In this document: piece after piece, positions 28,388 to 37,584 of the stretch
Position numbering within the stretch: the stretch's first letter is position 1
Layout: the number at the start of each line of letters is the position of its first letter
Assembly: GCA_027492205.1 (NCBI GenBank)
Contig: JAOZFN010000012.1
Location: 1 to 64,000, forward strand
From: Thermoproteota archaeon
GTDB lineage: Archaea > Korarchaeota > Korarchaeia > Korarchaeales > Korarchaeaceae
Direction: 5' to 3'
DNA: 64,000 nucleotides
The notes under the pieces: model-generated
Told to the model about the DNA's origin: nothing
The model's input: only the letters and a program-made list of their open reading frames with translations
Database searches by the model: none
Position numbers and translations under genes: made by a program

Positions 28388-28830
28388 CGCCGCCCACCGC
28401 CCTGAACCACCCTCTTGGCCACAGAGGACATCAGATACACGCCTCGGAGGGTCTCTCCCCTGGTCTCCATCTGCCTAATGTCCTCGACGGTGAACCATCC
28501 CCAGTCGTCGTGTTCCTCCGGCCTGAGCACCGGCTCGCCGCTGTGGAAGGCGGCGTAGAGCGGTATGATGAACTGAACGGAGCCGTAGCCGTAGACGAAG
28601 GAGAACGTGTCCACCGGGATCAGGTCGACTGGTCGCAGCTTGAACCCAGTCTCCTCCTCCAGCTCCCTCGACGCGGCCTCCCGCGGGGTCTCGCCGAACT
28701 TCAGGCTCCCCCCGGGTATCTCCCACTTGCCGCCGTACCTCTTCTTCTTTGACCTCTTTAGGAGGAGCACCTCCCCCCGTCCGTTGAAGACAACGACGCA
28801 GGGGACCACGTGAATTCTCCTCTTCTTCAA
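28384..28830 (-). CDS. NUDIX hydrolase
   Basis: Nudix box GGSLKFGETPREAASRELEEETG. Confidence 0.92.
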   Translation of the reverse strand: MKKRRIHVVPCVVVFNGRGEVLLLKRSKKKRYGGKWEIPGGSLKFGETPREAASRELEEETGFKLRPVDLIPVDTFSFVYGYGSVQFIIPLYAAFHSGEPVLRPEEHDDWGWFTVEDIRQMETRGETLRGVYLMSSVAKRVVQGGGRR

Positions 28831-28849
28831 TCCCCCCGCCTCGACGCCC

Positions 28850-29284
28850 TCAGAACAGGGGCCGCCTCGCTTGCTTCCTCGGCCTCTTCGCGTAGATGGC
28901 GGCCACGAACATAGAGCCTCCGCACTTGGGACAGGCCTCCCCCGTCTTCAGGCCCACGTACTCTCCCTCCCTGAACTCCCTCTCCTTCCAGTGCCCACAG
29001 TCGACGCACTGAAGCCGAGAAACTATTGTGGGCTCCTCCTCCTCGGGCGAGATCTTCATCCTGAGCACATCGTAGACCATCTTCAGCGACAGCATCAGCC
29101 CCGTGACGCCGAACAGCACCTGAAACCATGCGTCCATTCCCGGCGTCTCGGTCCTAGACCCCGCCGCCCTGATGCCGTAGTAGATTATTATCAGAGAGAA
29201 GGCCGCCAAGCCCAGCGACATGACTATCATCAGGGCCGTCGCTGCGAGCGTCGGACCCTCCTTGGCCTCCCTCTCCTCAGGCAA
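28850..29284 (-). CDS. Conserved archaeal membrane protein with C-terminal Zn ribbon
   Basis: Two TM helices, then CVDC..REFREGEYV..CPKCGG..VAAIY; coupled to the DUF1512-like gene. Confidence 0.7.
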   Translation of the reverse strand: MPEEREAKEGPTLAATALMIVMSLGLAAFSLIIIYYGIRAAGSRTETPGMDAWFQVLFGVTGLMLSLKMVYDVLRMKISPEEEEPTIVSRLQCVDCGHWKEREFREGEYVGLKTGEACPKCGGSMFVAAIYAKRPRKQARRPLF

Positions 29285-30458
29285 CGGCCATCACCTCTGC
29301 CCTCCCCAGGGTATTGCCCACCCCGACCGTGTTCCCTATACCGGCAACGATGACCACGTCACCGGGCTTCGTCCCCTCCCTTATCGTTCTCCTGACCCTC
29401 TCGATGACCTTGTCGACGGCCTCGGCTATCTCCTGAGCCATCGGGGTGATGGCCTCAAGCAGGTCCTGCTTGATCACTATGGAGTGTACGGGGATCGAGT
29501 ACTGAGAGGCGACCTCCTCGATCTTCCACTTCTCCGGGCCGGGGTCCCCGATGGCCGCGCCGGAGCCCTCGGCCACCTCGCCGGTGGGCTCGCCCTCCAG
29601 CTTCGTTGCCGCGTCTATCATGACGATCTTCGCCACCTTTCCGCCCCTGGACTCCACGATTCTCCTGATGGCCTCTCCCGGCTTGCCGACTTCCCCTCCG
29701 GGCCCCTTGGCCTTGACGACGATGACCCTCCTGTCCTCCAGCTCCACCTCAGCGGCGACCACGTTCTTGGCGACCTCCTCCACGGGGGCATCCCCTATCA
29801 GCCTGAGGGCGATCAGGGGGCCTATGCTGTCTCCAACAGGCACTCCCTTCTGAAACGCCGTCGAGGAGCGCCAGTAGGCCCTGGCGATTCGCATGATCTC
29901 CGGCAGCTGCATCTGGACCTGAGCGATGTAGATCCAGTTCTGGGTCTTCCTGCCCAGCAGATAGAAGTGCCTGACTATCCTGAAGATCAGGTCGAGGACT
30001 ATGACGCCCTCGAGCTGATCCCTCAGGTTAGCCCTCTTCACGCTGTCGGCCTTGGGGGCTGCCCTCTCCACGAACCTGTTGAGGGAGTCCTCGGCCTCGT
30101 CCAAGATGTTCTCGAGCCTCCTTATGGCGCCGGTCGGGTCGAGCGTGACGGGCGAGATTGTGAAGAATCCCTTAGCCTCCTGGAGGATCTTCTTAACCCT
30201 CTCTCCGTCCCCGCCGAACTTGGAGGCCTCTTGGAGGAAAGTGTCGGAGGCCTCCCTGGTCAGCTGCTGCAGCTGGCCCAGCGCCCTGGCTATCTGGTTC
30301 ATCCACATCTGGACCTGCAGCTTGCTGCCGTAGATGTTCAGCACGGCGATCATGATCATGAAGATTATCCAGTTCAGCCAGCTGTCACCCAAGTCGCCCG
30401 CCTGGGCGCCCGTAAGTCCTTCGAGCAGTCCCTTTTCCAACAACCAACTGGGGAGCAA
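29277..30458 (-). CDS. DUF1512-family protein
   Basis: PVTLDPTG, GVPVGDSIGP, KAKGPGGEVGKPGE, IDAATKLEGE, GIGNTVGVG; start placed at TTG after GGGGAGGG. Confidence 0.8.
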   Translation of the reverse strand: MLPSWLLEKGLLEGLTGAQAGDLGDSWLNWIIFMIMIAVLNIYGSKLQVQMWMNQIARALGQLQQLTREASDTFLQEASKFGGDGERVKKILQEAKGFFTISPVTLDPTGAIRRLENILDEAEDSLNRFVERAAPKADSVKRANLRDQLEGVIVLDLIFRIVRHFYLLGRKTQNWIYIAQVQMQLPEIMRIARAYWRSSTAFQKGVPVGDSIGPLIALRLIGDAPVEEVAKNVVAAEVELEDRRVIVVKAKGPGGEVGKPGEAIRRIVESRGGKVAKIVMIDAATKLEGEPTGEVAEGSGAAIGDPGPEKWKIEEVASQYSIPVHSIVIKQDLLEAITPMAQEIAEAVDKVIERVRRTIREGTKPGDVVIVAGIGNTVGVGNTLGRAEVMAVA

Positions 30459-30542
30459 CCCATTCCCTCCCCAAACTTTTCGAGACTGGGGCCAGCCAAC
30501 GCACATTTAAAGATCAGAGGGAGAAGGGCGGCCTCGATCGGG

Positions 30543-30749
30543 ATGATCGAGGAGAAGTACTGTCCGTTATTCAGCATGGGTAGCGGATCGCCCGTCAGGT
30601 GCCTGGGAGAGAGGTGCGTGTTCTACCAGAGGGCGGACGGGATGGAGGGGACCTGCGCCATGCTGGAGGGGCTGTTGGCAGTTCAAGACCTCTCCCAGCT
30701 CGCGGAGGAGATCGTGGCCGCCCAGAGGGTCGAGGAAGAGGGCACTTAA
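30543..30749 (+). CDS. Small Cys-rich hypothetical protein (68 aa)
   Basis: MIEEKYCPLF...CLGERCVFY...GTCAM; ATG about 35 nt after an ATTTAAA box. Confidence 0.6.
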   Translation: MIEEKYCPLFSMGSGSPVRCLGERCVFYQRADGMEGTCAMLEGLLAVQDLSQLAEEIVAAQRVEEEGT

Positions 30750-30772
30750 GCCGGGAAATAGGGGATCACCCG

Positions 30773-31102
30773 TTGAGGGAGCCAGAAGGCGAAGGGGAGG
30801 GAGGGGCGCGGGGGACGGAGGCGGACCCCTGCGCGCTGGTTGAGATGGCGCTCCTCGCATACCTCAGAGTTCACGGACGGCGGATACTGGAGGTCGCAGC
30901 GCCCTCCGGACAGTCGGAGGTTAGGATAGCGCTGAGGGCTCTGTTCCGGTACTTCTCCCCCTCAGGGAGGTACAGGAGGCTTGTGGAAGCCCTCAGCGAC
31001 TGCGACGAGCTTCCCCTGAGGATAGTGGAGGAGGACGGGGAGCCATCTGCCGTAGTCCCCCTCGAGTACGTGAGGAGGGCGGTTCGGAGTGAGGGAATGT
31101 GA
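30773..31102 (+). CDS. Hypothetical protein
   Basis: Genome-typical codon usage; overlaps the start of the HAD gene; start uncertain. Confidence 0.45.
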   Translation: MREPEGEGEGGARGTEADPCALVEMALLAYLRVHGRRILEVAAPSGQSEVRIALRALFRYFSPSGRYRRLVEALSDCDELPLRIVEEDGEPSAVVPLEYVRRAVRSEGM

Positions 31103-31757
31103 GGGGCTCGTGGCCTTCGACATGGACGGAACGCTCGTGAGGCTCGAGAGCTCATGGGCGCTCATCCACGGGGCCATGGGGACCGAGGAGGAAGCGAGGG
31201 TCAACATGGAGAGGTACTACAGGGGCGAGCTCTCCTACGACGAGTGGGCTGAGCTCGACGTGGCTCTGTGGATGGGCAAGGACTTCTCCCCGGCACTGAG
31301 GGCGATTGAGGAGGTGGAGCCCGTCGACGGCGCCGGTGAGGCATTGAGGGCGCTCAGGGTGGCAGGGCTCACCGTTGGCGTCATCAGCTCCGGGCTCGAC
31401 CTGATCCTCAGGAGGTTGGAGTCGCTCCTCGGGTTTCGATTCGACTTTGCTGTGACCAACGAGCTCATCATTGATGGGAGTAGGCTCGTCGGCTGGAGGG
31501 TGAACGTGCCCTTTCACTCCAAGGGTGACGTGCTCCTCCGGGTGGTCAGGCGACTCGCCGTTCCCCTCTCCAAGGTTGCGGTGGTTGGAGACGCGGAGAA
31601 CGACCTAGGGATGTTCAGGCTGCCGGTGGGGCTAAGGGTGGCGTTCAACCCGGCCTCCCACAGGCTGGAGAGAGGGGCAGACGTGGTAGTCAAGTCCGAG
31701 AGTCTCATCGACGTCGCGAAGGCCATTGCAGACTGGTGCGAGGGAGATCGCACCTGA
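31089..31757 (+). CDS. HAD-IB phosphatase (phosphoserine phosphatase-like)
   Basis: FDMDGTL, ISSG, K, VGDAEND, VAFNP. Confidence 0.85.
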   Translation: MRECEGLVAFDMDGTLVRLESSWALIHGAMGTEEEARVNMERYYRGELSYDEWAELDVALWMGKDFSPALRAIEEVEPVDGAGEALRALRVAGLTVGVISSGLDLILRRLESLLGFRFDFAVTNELIIDGSRLVGWRVNVPFHSKGDVLLRVVRRLAVPLSKVAVVGDAENDLGMFRLPVGLRVAFNPASHRLERGADVVVKSESLIDVAKAIADWCEGDRT

Positions 31758-31796
31758 TCCGGCAAGGTAATATGGGCGGGTCGCGCCCTCTTCGAG

Positions 31797-32573
31797 ATGG
31801 AGAGACCCGCGGTCATGGGACTCGACGACCCTGCCATCGAGATCCTCGGTTCCGTGCTCGCCAACGAAACTGGTAGGAGGGTTCTGGCGGCCCTAGCGAG
31901 TGGGCCGAAGAGCCCGAGCGACATAGCCAGGGAGCTGGGCCTCCCGCTGACGACCGTCAAGCACCACGTCGACAGGCTCGTCTCGGCGGGGATCGTCCAA
32001 CTCGTCGAGACCTCTCCGGGCAGAAAGGGGAGGAAGAGGATCTACGCCCTCAGGTCGCCCGCGCTCGTGATAATCCCCTCGAGCAGCGAGGGGGCCGCCA
32101 TCAGGGCGATCCGCGGTTGGGTCATGGAGAGGGCCAGCGCGGTGATCTCCCTCAGGAGGCCGATACTGGCTGGCGTGCTGGCCGCCATAGTGGTTGGGAT
32201 TGGGTCCGGACTGCTGGCCACCCACGCGTTTCTGGCAGCTCCCCCGCCCATGCCGTCGGTTCAGGCCGGTGTGAGTGCGAAGGGGGTCCCGGCAGCCACT
32301 TCAGAGGTCCCCCCGTCACCAACCGAGCCGCTGTATCAGACCCCAGAGGAAAAAGCCGGACTTGACGAACTTGCGACACCCAGAGGGGCCTCAGGGGGCG
32401 AGTTAACGGCCATCGCCGTGGCCGTGGTCTGCTCGTCGGCGGCCGGGGCAGCGGTCTTCTGGGCGGCGACCAGGTCACGGCTGGAAGTCGGGCGGAAGGG
32501 GGTCGCCCCTGCAGTGAACGACCCCTCTGTACCTCCGGACGAAGTTGGGGCAGGCGTAGCAGAAGATGAATGA
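31797..32573 (+). CDS. ArsR-family winged-helix regulator with two C-terminal TM helices
   Basis: LANETGRRVLAAL..SPSDIARELGLPLTTVKHHVDRLVSAGIV; hydrophobic segments ILAGVLAAIVVGIG and AIAVAVVCSSAAGAAVFW. Confidence 0.8.
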   Translation: MERPAVMGLDDPAIEILGSVLANETGRRVLAALASGPKSPSDIARELGLPLTTVKHHVDRLVSAGIVQLVETSPGRKGRKRIYALRSPALVIIPSSSEGAAIRAIRGWVMERASAVISLRRPILAGVLAAIVVGIGSGLLATHAFLAAPPPMPSVQAGVSAKGVPAATSEVPPSPTEPLYQTPEEKAGLDELATPRGASGGELTAIAVAVVCSSAAGAAVFWAATRSRLEVGRKGVAPAVNDPSVPPDEVGAGVAEDE

Positions 32574-32735
32574 CACCCTCTTTCCCAGCACGGGACAGTC
32601 GACGGCGTCCTTGGCGAACTTTCTGACGGTGCTCTTGCCGAGCATGTCCTCTATCTTCTTCTTGAGCTCCCTCCTCACCCTCAGCGCCCTCTCCAGCTTG
32701 ACGACCTCGACCTCGTACTTGTGATCGGCGGACAT
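32475..32735 (-). CDS. Small conserved Cys-motif protein
   Basis: VDCPVLG..SFIFCYACPNF..VHC; own AT-rich promoter near 32765. Confidence 0.65.
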   Translation of the reverse strand: MSADHKYEVEVVKLERALRVRRELKKKIEDMLGKSTVRKFAKDAVDCPVLGKRVSFIFCYACPNFVRRYRGVVHCRGDPLPPDFQP

Positions 32736-32796
32736 CCCGTCTTCGGGCCCGCGCACCCCTACCAATTTTTAGGGGTTCGCCCCGACCCGCCGAGAG

Positions 32797-33510
32797 ATGA
32801 GGTCTGTCATATTCGACGTCTGGCACACGCTGATCGAGCCAGCAGCGGGGGACGAGGAGTATTACGGCCTCAGGGTTCGTCGACTGCTCGAGAGCTGCGG
32901 GCTCAACCCTTCTCCCGACCAGCTCTCCCGCGCCTTGGAGGTCTACAGCGAGGTCAGGTCAGAGGTTGAGGCCAAGAGGAGGGCCACCCTGATCGAGGTG
33001 CCCGCCGAGGAGGAGATCTCCCTGTTCTTTCGGAGGCTGGGCATCGACTGCGCGGTGGGGCCCGAGCAGCTGAGGGCGTACGCCGAGCCCTTCCTGAGGC
33101 TAACGGTCCTGAAGGAGGGAGCCAGGGAGGTCGTCGAGTTCCTGCACCGAGCCGGGCTTGCCCTGGGCGCGCTGGCGAACTCACCCTACGGGGAGATGGT
33201 TAGGCTTCGGCTGCGGGAGGCGGGCCTCTCCGGGCACTTCAGGGCGATCGTGTGCTCCGGCGACGTGGGGCGTCGGAAGCCCCATCCCGTGGCCTTTCAG
33301 GCAGTGCTGCGCGGGCTCAACTCTTCCCCAAGTGAGGCCCTCATGGTGGGTGACGACCCGGGGGCCGACGTCGGCGGGGCAAAGTCAATAGGCATGAGGG
33401 CGGTTTGGGTGTTGAGGCCAGGTGTAGCTCCCCCCGACGACGCCGACGGCGTCGTCGTGGACCTGAGAGACCTTCTGAAGGTCGTTCGGGATGTGGGGTG
33501 GTTGACTTGA
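32797..33510 (+). CDS. HAD-family hydrolase
   Basis: IFDVWHTL, LAN, KPHP, MVGDDPGADVGGA..GM. Confidence 0.88.
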   Translation: MRSVIFDVWHTLIEPAAGDEEYYGLRVRRLLESCGLNPSPDQLSRALEVYSEVRSEVEAKRRATLIEVPAEEEISLFFRRLGIDCAVGPEQLRAYAEPFLRLTVLKEGAREVVEFLHRAGLALGALANSPYGEMVRLRLREAGLSGHFRAIVCSGDVGRRKPHPVAFQAVLRGLNSSPSEALMVGDDPGADVGGAKSIGMRAVWVLRPGVAPPDDADGVVVDLRDLLKVVRDVGWLT

Positions 33511-33788
33511 GGAGGAGGCTCCTCGACGTTCTAGCCTGCCCCGCCTGCCATCACCACCCGCTCAAGCTCGAGGTCCACTCTGAGGAGGAGGTCGAGTGGA
33601 GTGGTCAGAAGCCAACGAGGCCCCTCTGCGAGCGCTACTGCGCCATGAGCGGCGGCCCCCTGCCGGAGGATCCTGAGACGTGCGTAGAATGTATGAGGCG
33701 GGACGTGATGGCCGGGTCGCTCGTGTGCGAGGGGTGCGGGAGGAGGTACGGGATATCGGAGGGAGTCCCCGACCTCCTGATCCCCTGA
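33507..33788 (+). CDS. Trm112-family methyltransferase activator
   Basis: LLDVLACPAC..PLKL...GSLVCEGCGRRYGISEGVPDLL; TTG overlaps the upstream stop. Confidence 0.85.
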   Translation: MRRRLLDVLACPACHHHPLKLEVHSEEEVEWSGQKPTRPLCERYCAMSGGPLPEDPETCVECMRRDVMAGSLVCEGCGRRYGISEGVPDLLIP

Positions 33789-33797
33789 CCGAGAACC

Positions 33798-33805
33798 TTT
33801 TATTT
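33798..33805 (+). promoter_or_regulatory. TATA box of tRNA-Tyr
   Basis: TTTTATTT preceded by GAGAA, 23-30 nt upstream of the tRNA. Confidence 0.65.
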
Positions 33806-33827
33806 CGAGGTCGAAGGGGGTGACGGG

Positions 33828-33948
33828 CCCCCGGTAGCTCAGTGGCAGAGCGGCCGGCTGTAGGGTTAGGCGAACTCGCCGACCTCCGTCGGCGGCCGCT
33901 CGCGCAGTAACCGGCAGGTCCCGGGTTCAAATCCCGGCCGGGGGACCA
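33828..33948 (+). tRNA. tRNA-Tyr(GTA) with 46-nt intron at 37/38 (33864-33909), CCA encoded
   Basis: Acceptor CCCCCGG/CCGGGGG with C1:G72 and A73, D arm GCTC/GAGC, anticodon stem GCCGG/CCGGC, T loop TTCAAAT; BHB helix CTGT/GCAG with 3-nt bulges AGG and TAA. Confidence 0.95.
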
Positions 33949-33962
33949 CCCCCCAGAACAAT

Positions 33963-34361
33963 TCACTCGCCCTCGAGCGCGTGGAGCTTGCGGAGCACCT
34001 CCCTCCCCAGGGTGGTAGTTTCTAGGTCGGCCCCCACCACGGCCCCGGCCGCCGCCCTTAGGTCGTCGATCTTCATCAGGCTTAGCACGCGCCTAGCCAT
34101 CCTCCGGAGGATCTCCCACCTGTCTGCCAGTTGATAGAGGTCGACGTCGCCGACCACCAGGCCCGAGCGTATCAGCTTCTCCCACGCCGCCTTAAACGCC
34201 TGGTCGCTCAGCAGCTCTAGGCCATCCCGATCGAGCGAGGCAAGAATCGACCAGGCCTCCGCCGAGACATGCGGGGGCGCTGCGTCGTCCCCCAACATCA
34301 GCCCTCGGAGGATTTCTACCAGCCTCGACCTGGTTGAAGGATCCCTCACGCGAACGTCCAC
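33963..34361 (-). CDS. Hypothetical protein
   Basis: 132-aa ORF downstream of and co-oriented with the V4R gene. Confidence 0.55.
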   Translation of the reverse strand: MDVRVRDPSTRSRLVEILRGLMLGDDAAPPHVSAEAWSILASLDRDGLELLSDQAFKAAWEKLIRSGLVVGDVDLYQLADRWEILRRMARRVLSLMKIDDLRAAAGAVVGADLETTTLGREVLRKLHALEGE

Positions 34362-34379
34362 CCACTGGGAGTCCAGGGA

Positions 34380-35171
34380 CTAGATCCTCATTGCCCTGAC
34401 GGAGATCTCGTCGTAAGGATCGCCTAGGGCCTCGCACCTGACCTCCTCACCGACCGTGGGGATTCTCCATATCGCCGAGATGAAGCCCGTGAGTATCCCC
34501 CTGAGTATGTTGCTCCTCTTCGTCTCGCCCCGCTGACCCGAGCACTCGAATGACCCCCGGAGCCTGACAACTGCCCTTCCCTCCTCCGAGAACTCGACGA
34601 TCTCGTACCAGCTCATCCACCCGCAGCTCCTGAGGGTCCCCAAAAAGAGTTCCAGCATCTCCCTCCCGTCCAGCGCGGCAATCTTGACCAGTTTCCGGTA
34701 GGAGTCCTTCCCCGCGGCCACTCCCATGTGATAGAGGAAGGCCTCACCCGCCGGACCCCAGTACCTCCTCACCGCCTCGAACAGGGATCGGGTGGAGTCC
34801 AGCGGTATCACCCCGGCCCTTTCTCCCAGGAGCAGGAGGCCGCTGAGGACGTCGTTCACCCACAGGCCGCCGACCCTCGAGCCGCCCGCGCGGACCTCAA
34901 GTACGCCCTCAATTTCGGCGATCTTGGTCCTCAACTCATCGGCTCGAGCCCCCGGGGGGGCCTCTATCACGAACGTCGCGGTGTACTCCGGGCCCACGCT
35001 GCCCTGAATGCCGCCCAGGACTCTAGCGCCCTCCTCCTCGAGGGCCCTCATGATCTCGGAGAGCGGGGGATCGTCTGGCTTCAGTTTGAGACCTAAGATG
35101 ACCACGTCGCCCTCTCGAGGGCGCGCCAGGGCCGGAAACGGGACGCCAAACATCGAATGGCCCCCCATCAC
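34380..35171 (-). CDS. ACT-like + V4R (4-vinyl reductase) domain protein
   Basis: N-terminal ACT-like (LRTKIAEIEGVLEV); AFLYHMG..AG, GW, SFEC, ILRGILTG, EEVRCEALGDPYDEI. Confidence 0.8.
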   Translation of the reverse strand: MMGGHSMFGVPFPALARPREGDVVILGLKLKPDDPPLSEIMRALEEEGARVLGGIQGSVGPEYTATFVIEAPPGARADELRTKIAEIEGVLEVRAGGSRVGGLWVNDVLSGLLLLGERAGVIPLDSTRSLFEAVRRYWGPAGEAFLYHMGVAAGKDSYRKLVKIAALDGREMLELFLGTLRSCGWMSWYEIVEFSEEGRAVVRLRGSFECSGQRGETKRSNILRGILTGFISAIWRIPTVGEEVRCEALGDPYDEISVRAMRI

Positions 35172-35866
35172 TCGAGCCTCATGGGGCCGAGCACTATGAA
35201 GCCTGAGTCGGTGATCGCCACCCCGTAGTGCTCCCTGCTGTGCCTAGAGAGCCTCAGCTTCACCACGTTGATCCTGGTGGTCAGGCCCTCCCTCGTCTCC
35301 TCGTGCCTGAGGATGATCAGGCCGTCGGCGATGAACTCCTCCACACCTGACAGGCGAACGGGCCCCAGCATGGGGAGCTCGGCTATCAGGAGGGTGAGCA
35401 TCCCGACGTCGTGGGTGATTCTAACGATCATGCTCAGGAGGGGCCTGACCTGCTCCGGCGGGAGGAACTGAAGCATGGCCGAGACGCTGTCCACCACCAA
35501 GAGGTCTGGCTTGGTAGACTCCACCCTGGCGATCATGTTCTCGAGGGCCGTCCGTACGTACTCGGTGGATGCCGTGAAGGGGATCAGCTCCTGAAACGTG
35601 GCCAGCTTCCTCTCCTCCAGCTCGTGTAAGTCCATGCCGAGCAGCCTGAAGTGGAGGCGGATCTGGTCAGCCGGCTCCGACAGGGTCATGTAGAAGAACC
35701 TCTCGCCGTGGCGAGTGGCCCTGTGGTAGGCGATCTGACCCGCGAGCGTGGTCTTCCCTGTCCCCGGGTTTCCGGCTAGCAGGATGGCCGAGGGCCTCGG
35801 GAGCCCGCCTCCCACTATCTCGTCGAAGCCCGGGACTCCCGTGTCAACCCTCTTTATCTCGGCCAC
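35168..35866 (-). CDS. KaiC/RAD55-family ATPase (single domain)
   Basis: TGVPGFDEIVGGGLP, GNPGTGKT, VVDSV, EEFIADGLIIL, VVKLRLSRH. Confidence 0.9.
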   Translation of the reverse strand: MAEIKRVDTGVPGFDEIVGGGLPRPSAILLAGNPGTGKTTLAGQIAYHRATRHGERFFYMTLSEPADQIRLHFRLLGMDLHELEERKLATFQELIPFTASTEYVRTALENMIARVESTKPDLLVVDSVSAMLQFLPPEQVRPLLSMIVRITHDVGMLTLLIAELPMLGPVRLSGVEEFIADGLIILRHEETREGLTTRINVVKLRLSRHSREHYGVAITDSGFIVLGPMRLE

Positions 35867-36045
35867 TCTCTCCCCTGACAAACCCACCACCACCGATTTA
35901 AGGGGCCTCGGGCCTTTCGAGCCTCATCATATCTCGGTGATCACCTCCAACCTCATTGGCCCCCGGACACCCTTTGAGGATATATATTCAATTTTCCCGG
36001 GGGGCGATGGGCAGCTAATCCACGCTACGTCGGTGATTGGGTTCC

Positions 36046-37455
36046 TCATCTTTTCCGGGCGGAGAGCGCCTCCTCTTTCGGTTTACTTGTCGCGCTTGAA
36101 AGCCTCAGATCGACGATCTCGCTGGCGATCATCTCAAATTCGGCGAGTTCGCTCTCTGAGTGAGCCTCGGGGAATATCGTCGCGAACATGATCGCCCCAG
36201 ACGACTCCAACTTGGGTCGGACGGAGGACAACATCTCCACAACTCTCTCGTGGCCGTTGACCGCCACCAGGTCGGTCAGGCTGTCCAGAATTATCACCGC
36301 CCCCTTCACCTCGGCCAGCCTGTGCAGAGCCCCGCTGACGTGCTGGACGTCAACCGGGATCCTGAACGTCCGGACCCCGGGGTTCCCATGGTCGCGCCCG
36401 TCGGCAAACGTCGACAGGTGAATGACCAGCTCCGCCTCTTCAGTTAGGGGCTCAAATAAATCCAGTAGAGAGCCCCTCCGCGTCACCAAGATTGTTGGGC
36501 GGCCATCGGGTAGAGACGTCTTTAGGGAGAGGTACAGCCTCTCGATGAACCGGGTTCCCGGCGTCCCCTTCACCAGGTAGACCCCAGCCTTATCGACCTG
36601 GAACTCCACCGGAGAGGGGGTCAGCAGGGACGTCGAGCCCGAAAAGTAGAGGAGTGGCGGGAGGGCCAGGGCGCCCGATGCCACTACGGAGCCGTGCCCC
36701 CAGATGCTGACCAGGATGGGGGGGAGGTAGAACAGGTCGTCCGCCAGCATGACCAGCGAGGCGGCCAGCCCGGTCAGGTACCCGCCAAGCAGGCTGGATA
36801 TGAGCCACCTGCCCGGGCCCCTCATCCCAGGCACGATCGTCGACAGTCTCATCGCGGGCAAGGAGAGCATCAGGACGAACGCCAGGTGAACGAGGGCGTC
36901 CGGCATCTCCGGCGTTGGTCTGAGGCCGTACTCCCACCCGAGGAGACTCTGCGCCGCCGCCGCGGCCGGGGCTCCCAGCACCCATATGACCGAGGCTCCC
37001 AGGAGGTTGACCCTGGGGGGCGGCCTCAGGTACCGCAAGAAGGCGGCCAACTTTGTGACGGCAGCTGAGATGAACCACGACATCCCCAGCGCGCCGGCCA
37101 CGAGGCTGGCCGCCCCCAGCGCCCTGGTCGCGGGCGTGAGTTCGAACACGGCGCGCATCAGCATGACGTAGATTCCGAAGGCCAGCAGCAGGGCGCTAGA
37201 CAGGGAGCGACCCCAGTCGGGCAGGAGGAAGGATTCGATTCTCTCCTTCCAAGTCACAAAGAATGTGAATAGGAGAACCATGGTCAACATCGTCGCGCCC
37301 GCCCTCAGGAGGAGGGCCATCGGGTCAAAGGACTTGGGAATCCAGTTTTGAGAATCGTAGATAGTATACGCAAATGCGGCGGCTATCCAGGCTCCCGAGA
37401 GACCTAGCGAGATCACTACCGTCCTGAGGGGGGCCCTGTGGGCTAGATGGCTCAT
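36046..37455 (-). CDS. Multi-pass membrane protein with C-terminal DUF835-like (inactive KaiC-type) domain
   Basis: About 8 TM helices, then GVYLVKG, ILVTR, AVIILDSLTDL...NG, FPEAHSESELA. Confidence 0.7.
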   Translation of the reverse strand: MSHLAHRAPLRTVVISLGLSGAWIAAAFAYTIYDSQNWIPKSFDPMALLLRAGATMLTMVLLFTFFVTWKERIESFLLPDWGRSLSSALLLAFGIYVMLMRAVFELTPATRALGAASLVAGALGMSWFISAAVTKLAAFLRYLRPPPRVNLLGASVIWVLGAPAAAAAQSLLGWEYGLRPTPEMPDALVHLAFVLMLSLPAMRLSTIVPGMRGPGRWLISSLLGGYLTGLAASLVMLADDLFYLPPILVSIWGHGSVVASGALALPPLLYFSGSTSLLTPSPVEFQVDKAGVYLVKGTPGTRFIERLYLSLKTSLPDGRPTILVTRRGSLLDLFEPLTEEAELVIHLSTFADGRDHGNPGVRTFRIPVDVQHVSGALHRLAEVKGAVIILDSLTDLVAVNGHERVVEMLSSVRPKLESSGAIMFATIFPEAHSESELAEFEMIASEIVDLRLSSATSKPKEEALSARKR

Positions 37456-37584
37456 CGTCTAATCCTCTCCTTTCACGGGGCCATACTCTTACACTTTTTT
37501 GATTAATGCTCGCGGTCAAATAATTAAGTCTTTTGAGTCAATGTTAAACCGGAGGCTTGCAAATAGCCACCCGGGAGCTCGCTG

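Noticed and set aside
36001-36045. GGCGATGG resembling the start of a fluoride (crcB) riboswitch
   Set aside because: The complementary stem and downstream TGATGAC-type pseudoknot elements are missing, and no cognate gene lies on that strand
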